DNA of 11,679 bases from Octopus sinensis (Eukaryota). The position numbers were made by a program, and so were the translations under genes. The notes under the pieces were generated by a model, which was not told the DNA's origin, ran no database searches, and was given only the letters and a program-made list of their open reading frames with translations. Within the stretch, counting starts at the first letter, position 1. Each line of letters opens with the position of its first letter. The DNA is taken from positions 1 through 11,679 of the forward strand of contig NW_021826900.1 in assembly GCF_006345805.1 (NCBI RefSeq). Direction: 5' to 3'. Below are positions 9,816-11,679 of the stretch, piece by piece.

Positions 9816-10219
9816 CTGTGTGAATGTGTACGTTATTGTGCGAGGATGTGTGTGTGTGTTTGTATGTGTTTGTGCGCGTCATTTGTGTGAATGTATATGT
9901 ATGGTTGTGTGTATGAATATGTGTGGAAATGTGTTGAGCATGCTCTGTATGTGTGTATGTGTGTGTGTGTATGTGTGTGTATGTGTGTGTGCATGTTATT
10001 GTACGTGTATGTAGTGTATACATTTGTGTGTGTGGCTGTACGTATGAAATGTCTGTATGTTGTGTACATATATATATACGTGTGAATGTGTGTGTATGTG
10101 AATGTGAGTGTATGTCTGTGTGTGTGTGTAAAAGTACGCGTGACTGCGTGTGTGAATGTGTGTGTATATGTATAAGAGCGTTAGTGATTCTCTGTGTGTG
10201 TGTGTGAATAGCATTTCAA
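9816..10219. repeat. Degenerate GT-rich low-complexity sequence
   Basis: Interrupted (GT)n/(AT)n without a fixed period. Contains a decayed core-like motif GTTGAGCATGCTCTGTAT at 9933-9950. Confidence 0.8.
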
Positions 10220-10615
10220 GTGTGTGTGTGTGTGTGCATATATATGTGTGCGCACGCGCGTGTGATTGCTTGTGACTGTGTGTGTGTGTGAATGGATGTG
10301 TGTGAATATATGTGTGTGGACATGTGTATGTCAATGGAACTGATCGTGTGTGTGTGTGTGTGTGTGTGTGTGCATATATATGTGTGCGCACACGTGTGTG
10401 ATTGTTTGTGACTGTGTGTGTGTGTGAGTGGATGTGTGTGAATATATGTGTGTGGACATGTGTATGTCAATGGAACTGATCGTGTGTGTGTGTGCGCATA
10501 TATATGTGTGCGCACACGTGTGTGATTGCTTGTGACTGTGTGTGTGTGTGAATGGATGTGTGTGAATATATGTGTGTGGACATGTGTATGTCAATGGAAC
10601 TGATCGTGTGTGCGC
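10220..10615. repeat. Three-copy tandem repeat of ~124-136 bp with embedded (GT)n
   Basis: Units at about 10220-10345, 10346-10481 and 10482-10605. Each contains GCATATATATGTGTGCGCAC..GATTG.TTGTGAC..GGATGTGTGTGAATATATG..GGACATGTGTATGTCAATGGAACTGATC. Confidence 0.93.
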
Positions 10616-11020
10616 GTATATTGTTGTTGTTCTTGTTGTCACCAGCATATTTCCATAAAAATTTGGATATAATTTCATTTATTTAATGAAGAAAAGCCAA
10701 TCTTTGTCTAATTAATTCGGAGATTGTGATGGCTTCATCTTTCCCCAACAATGTTTAGTAATGAAGAGAAATGAAATAGAAATGTTCTAAAAGTGAAGAG
10801 CTACCTTATCGTGGATTCGATCTACGATCCTTCGTTTTTGTTTATTTTTTAAGGGTTTAGTTTAGGGGAAAAGTCCGTGGGGACACCTTTCGCAATTTCT
10901 CCGAAGCTAGAGAGATCAGCGCAATTAATGTCCTGATCGAACTGTTGTAAGGGGATGGTTGCCGGACGACAGGAACATTGGCAGGGAAAGACTTGCAGAG
11001 GGGAAGACGTTTCATCCCTT

Positions 11021-11358
11021 ATTATACGTTATACCGTTTAATATACGTTATACCGTTTATTATACGTTATACCGTTTATTCTACGTTATACCGTTTAATA
11101 TACGTTATACCGTTTAATATACGTTATACCGTTTCTTATACGTTATACCGTTTCTTATACGTTATATCGCTTATTATACGTTATACCGTTTATTATACGT
11201 TATACCGTTTCTTATACGTTATACCGTTTCTTATACGTTATACCGTTTCTTATACGTTATACCGTTTAATATACGTTATACCGTTTATTATACGTTATAT
11301 CGTTTAATGTATATTATGCCGTTTATTATACGTTGTACCCTTCATTATACATTATACC
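11021..11358. repeat. 19-bp minisatellite TATACGTTATACCGTTT(AA/AT/CT), ~17-18 copies, left part
   Basis: Clear 19-bp period, with units decaying toward 11358. Confidence 0.95.
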
Positions 11359-11591
11359 AACCGGGAGGAAACGGCAAAAAAATCAGACCACTCTGGAAAA
11401 CCACCATCCATGAGGGAACGGCGAATTTCGAGTCGAAAAGGTCTGCAGAGCTGGAAGAGAAAAGACGACGACGGAAGGAGCGCCAACAACAACCACGTGC
11501 GACTCTCCCTTCCGGCACTAGATGTCCGCACTGTGACCGATCTTTTCGAGCAAGAATTGGTCCTATCAGTCACCTGCGGACTCACCAATAA
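11359..11591 (+). pseudogene. C-terminal fragment of an RTE-clade reverse transcriptase ORF with C2H2-type zinc finger
   Basis: NREETAK, then a frameshift near the A-run at ~11376-11385, then RPLWKTTIHEG...EEKRRRRKER...CPHCDRSFRARIGPISHLRTHQ*. This fits the WExxAxxRxxW...CPxCxRxFRARIGLxSHLRTH pattern of RTE element C-termini. No RT or endonuclease domain is present. Confidence 0.82.
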
Positions 11592-11636
11592 ATTTGCACG
11601 AAGACCATAATCCTCGACCTTGAGGGATTGCCATAG
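11359..11636 (+). mobile_element. 5'-truncated RTE-clade LINE (3' terminal 278 bp)
   Basis: Encodes an RTE-type ORF C-terminus followed by a ~45-bp 3' UTR with a stem-loop. Flanked by the 13-bp direct repeat TATACATTATACC at 11346-11358 and 11637-11649. Confidence 0.85.
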
Positions 11637-11679
11637 TATACATTATACCGTTTAATATACGTTATACCGTTTAATATAC
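11637..11679. repeat. 19-bp minisatellite, right part (continues past the window)
   Basis: TATACATTATACCGTTTAATATACGTTATACCGTTTAATATAC resumes in phase after the LINE. Confidence 0.93.

Noticed and set aside
3102-10023. Very long His/Thr-rich ORFs on the minus strand (up to 2303 aa) and Cys/Val-rich ORFs on the plus strand
   Set aside because: (CA)n and this core contain almost no stop codons, all three minus-strand frames are open over long stretches, and the repeated peptide switches frame at random with spacer length.
10849-10868. Interstitial telomeric array
   Set aside because: Only about three degenerate TTAGGG-like units, too short to call as its own feature.
10978-11307. 109-aa Tyr/Ile-rich ORF
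   Set aside because: Translation of the 19-bp minisatellite.
11307-11591. Standalone 94-aa C2H2 zinc-finger gene
   Set aside because: The N-terminus derives from minisatellite, and the rest is a LINE ORF tail bounded by a target-site duplication.

Overview
Repeat-dominated, non-coding eukaryotic DNA, most likely from an octopus. This assignment rests on my recognition of the SINE families from memory, not on a database search. No intact host gene is supported, and the long ORFs in the track come from (GT/CA)n repeats or SINEs. 1-2742 is a cluster of two tRNA-derived SINE families: family A (4 copies) and family B (3 fragments). It has two nested insertions: a B fragment inside the (TA)n core of an A copy, and a 236-bp internally deleted mariner element with a TA duplication inside another A copy. 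About 3170-9815 is a ~6.6-kb compound minisatellite with ~93 copies of a 29-bp core separated by variable GT/ATGTGT spacers. It looks like a CRISPR array but is not one, and its first and last units form an identical variant direct repeat. A 3-copy ~130-bp repeat and an unexplained ~220-bp structured segment follow. The window ends in a 19-bp minisatellite interrupted by a 278-bp 5'-truncated RTE-clade LINE with a 13-bp target-site duplication. I found no convincing new protein-coding system. The most unusual signals are the array architecture and the nested element history.
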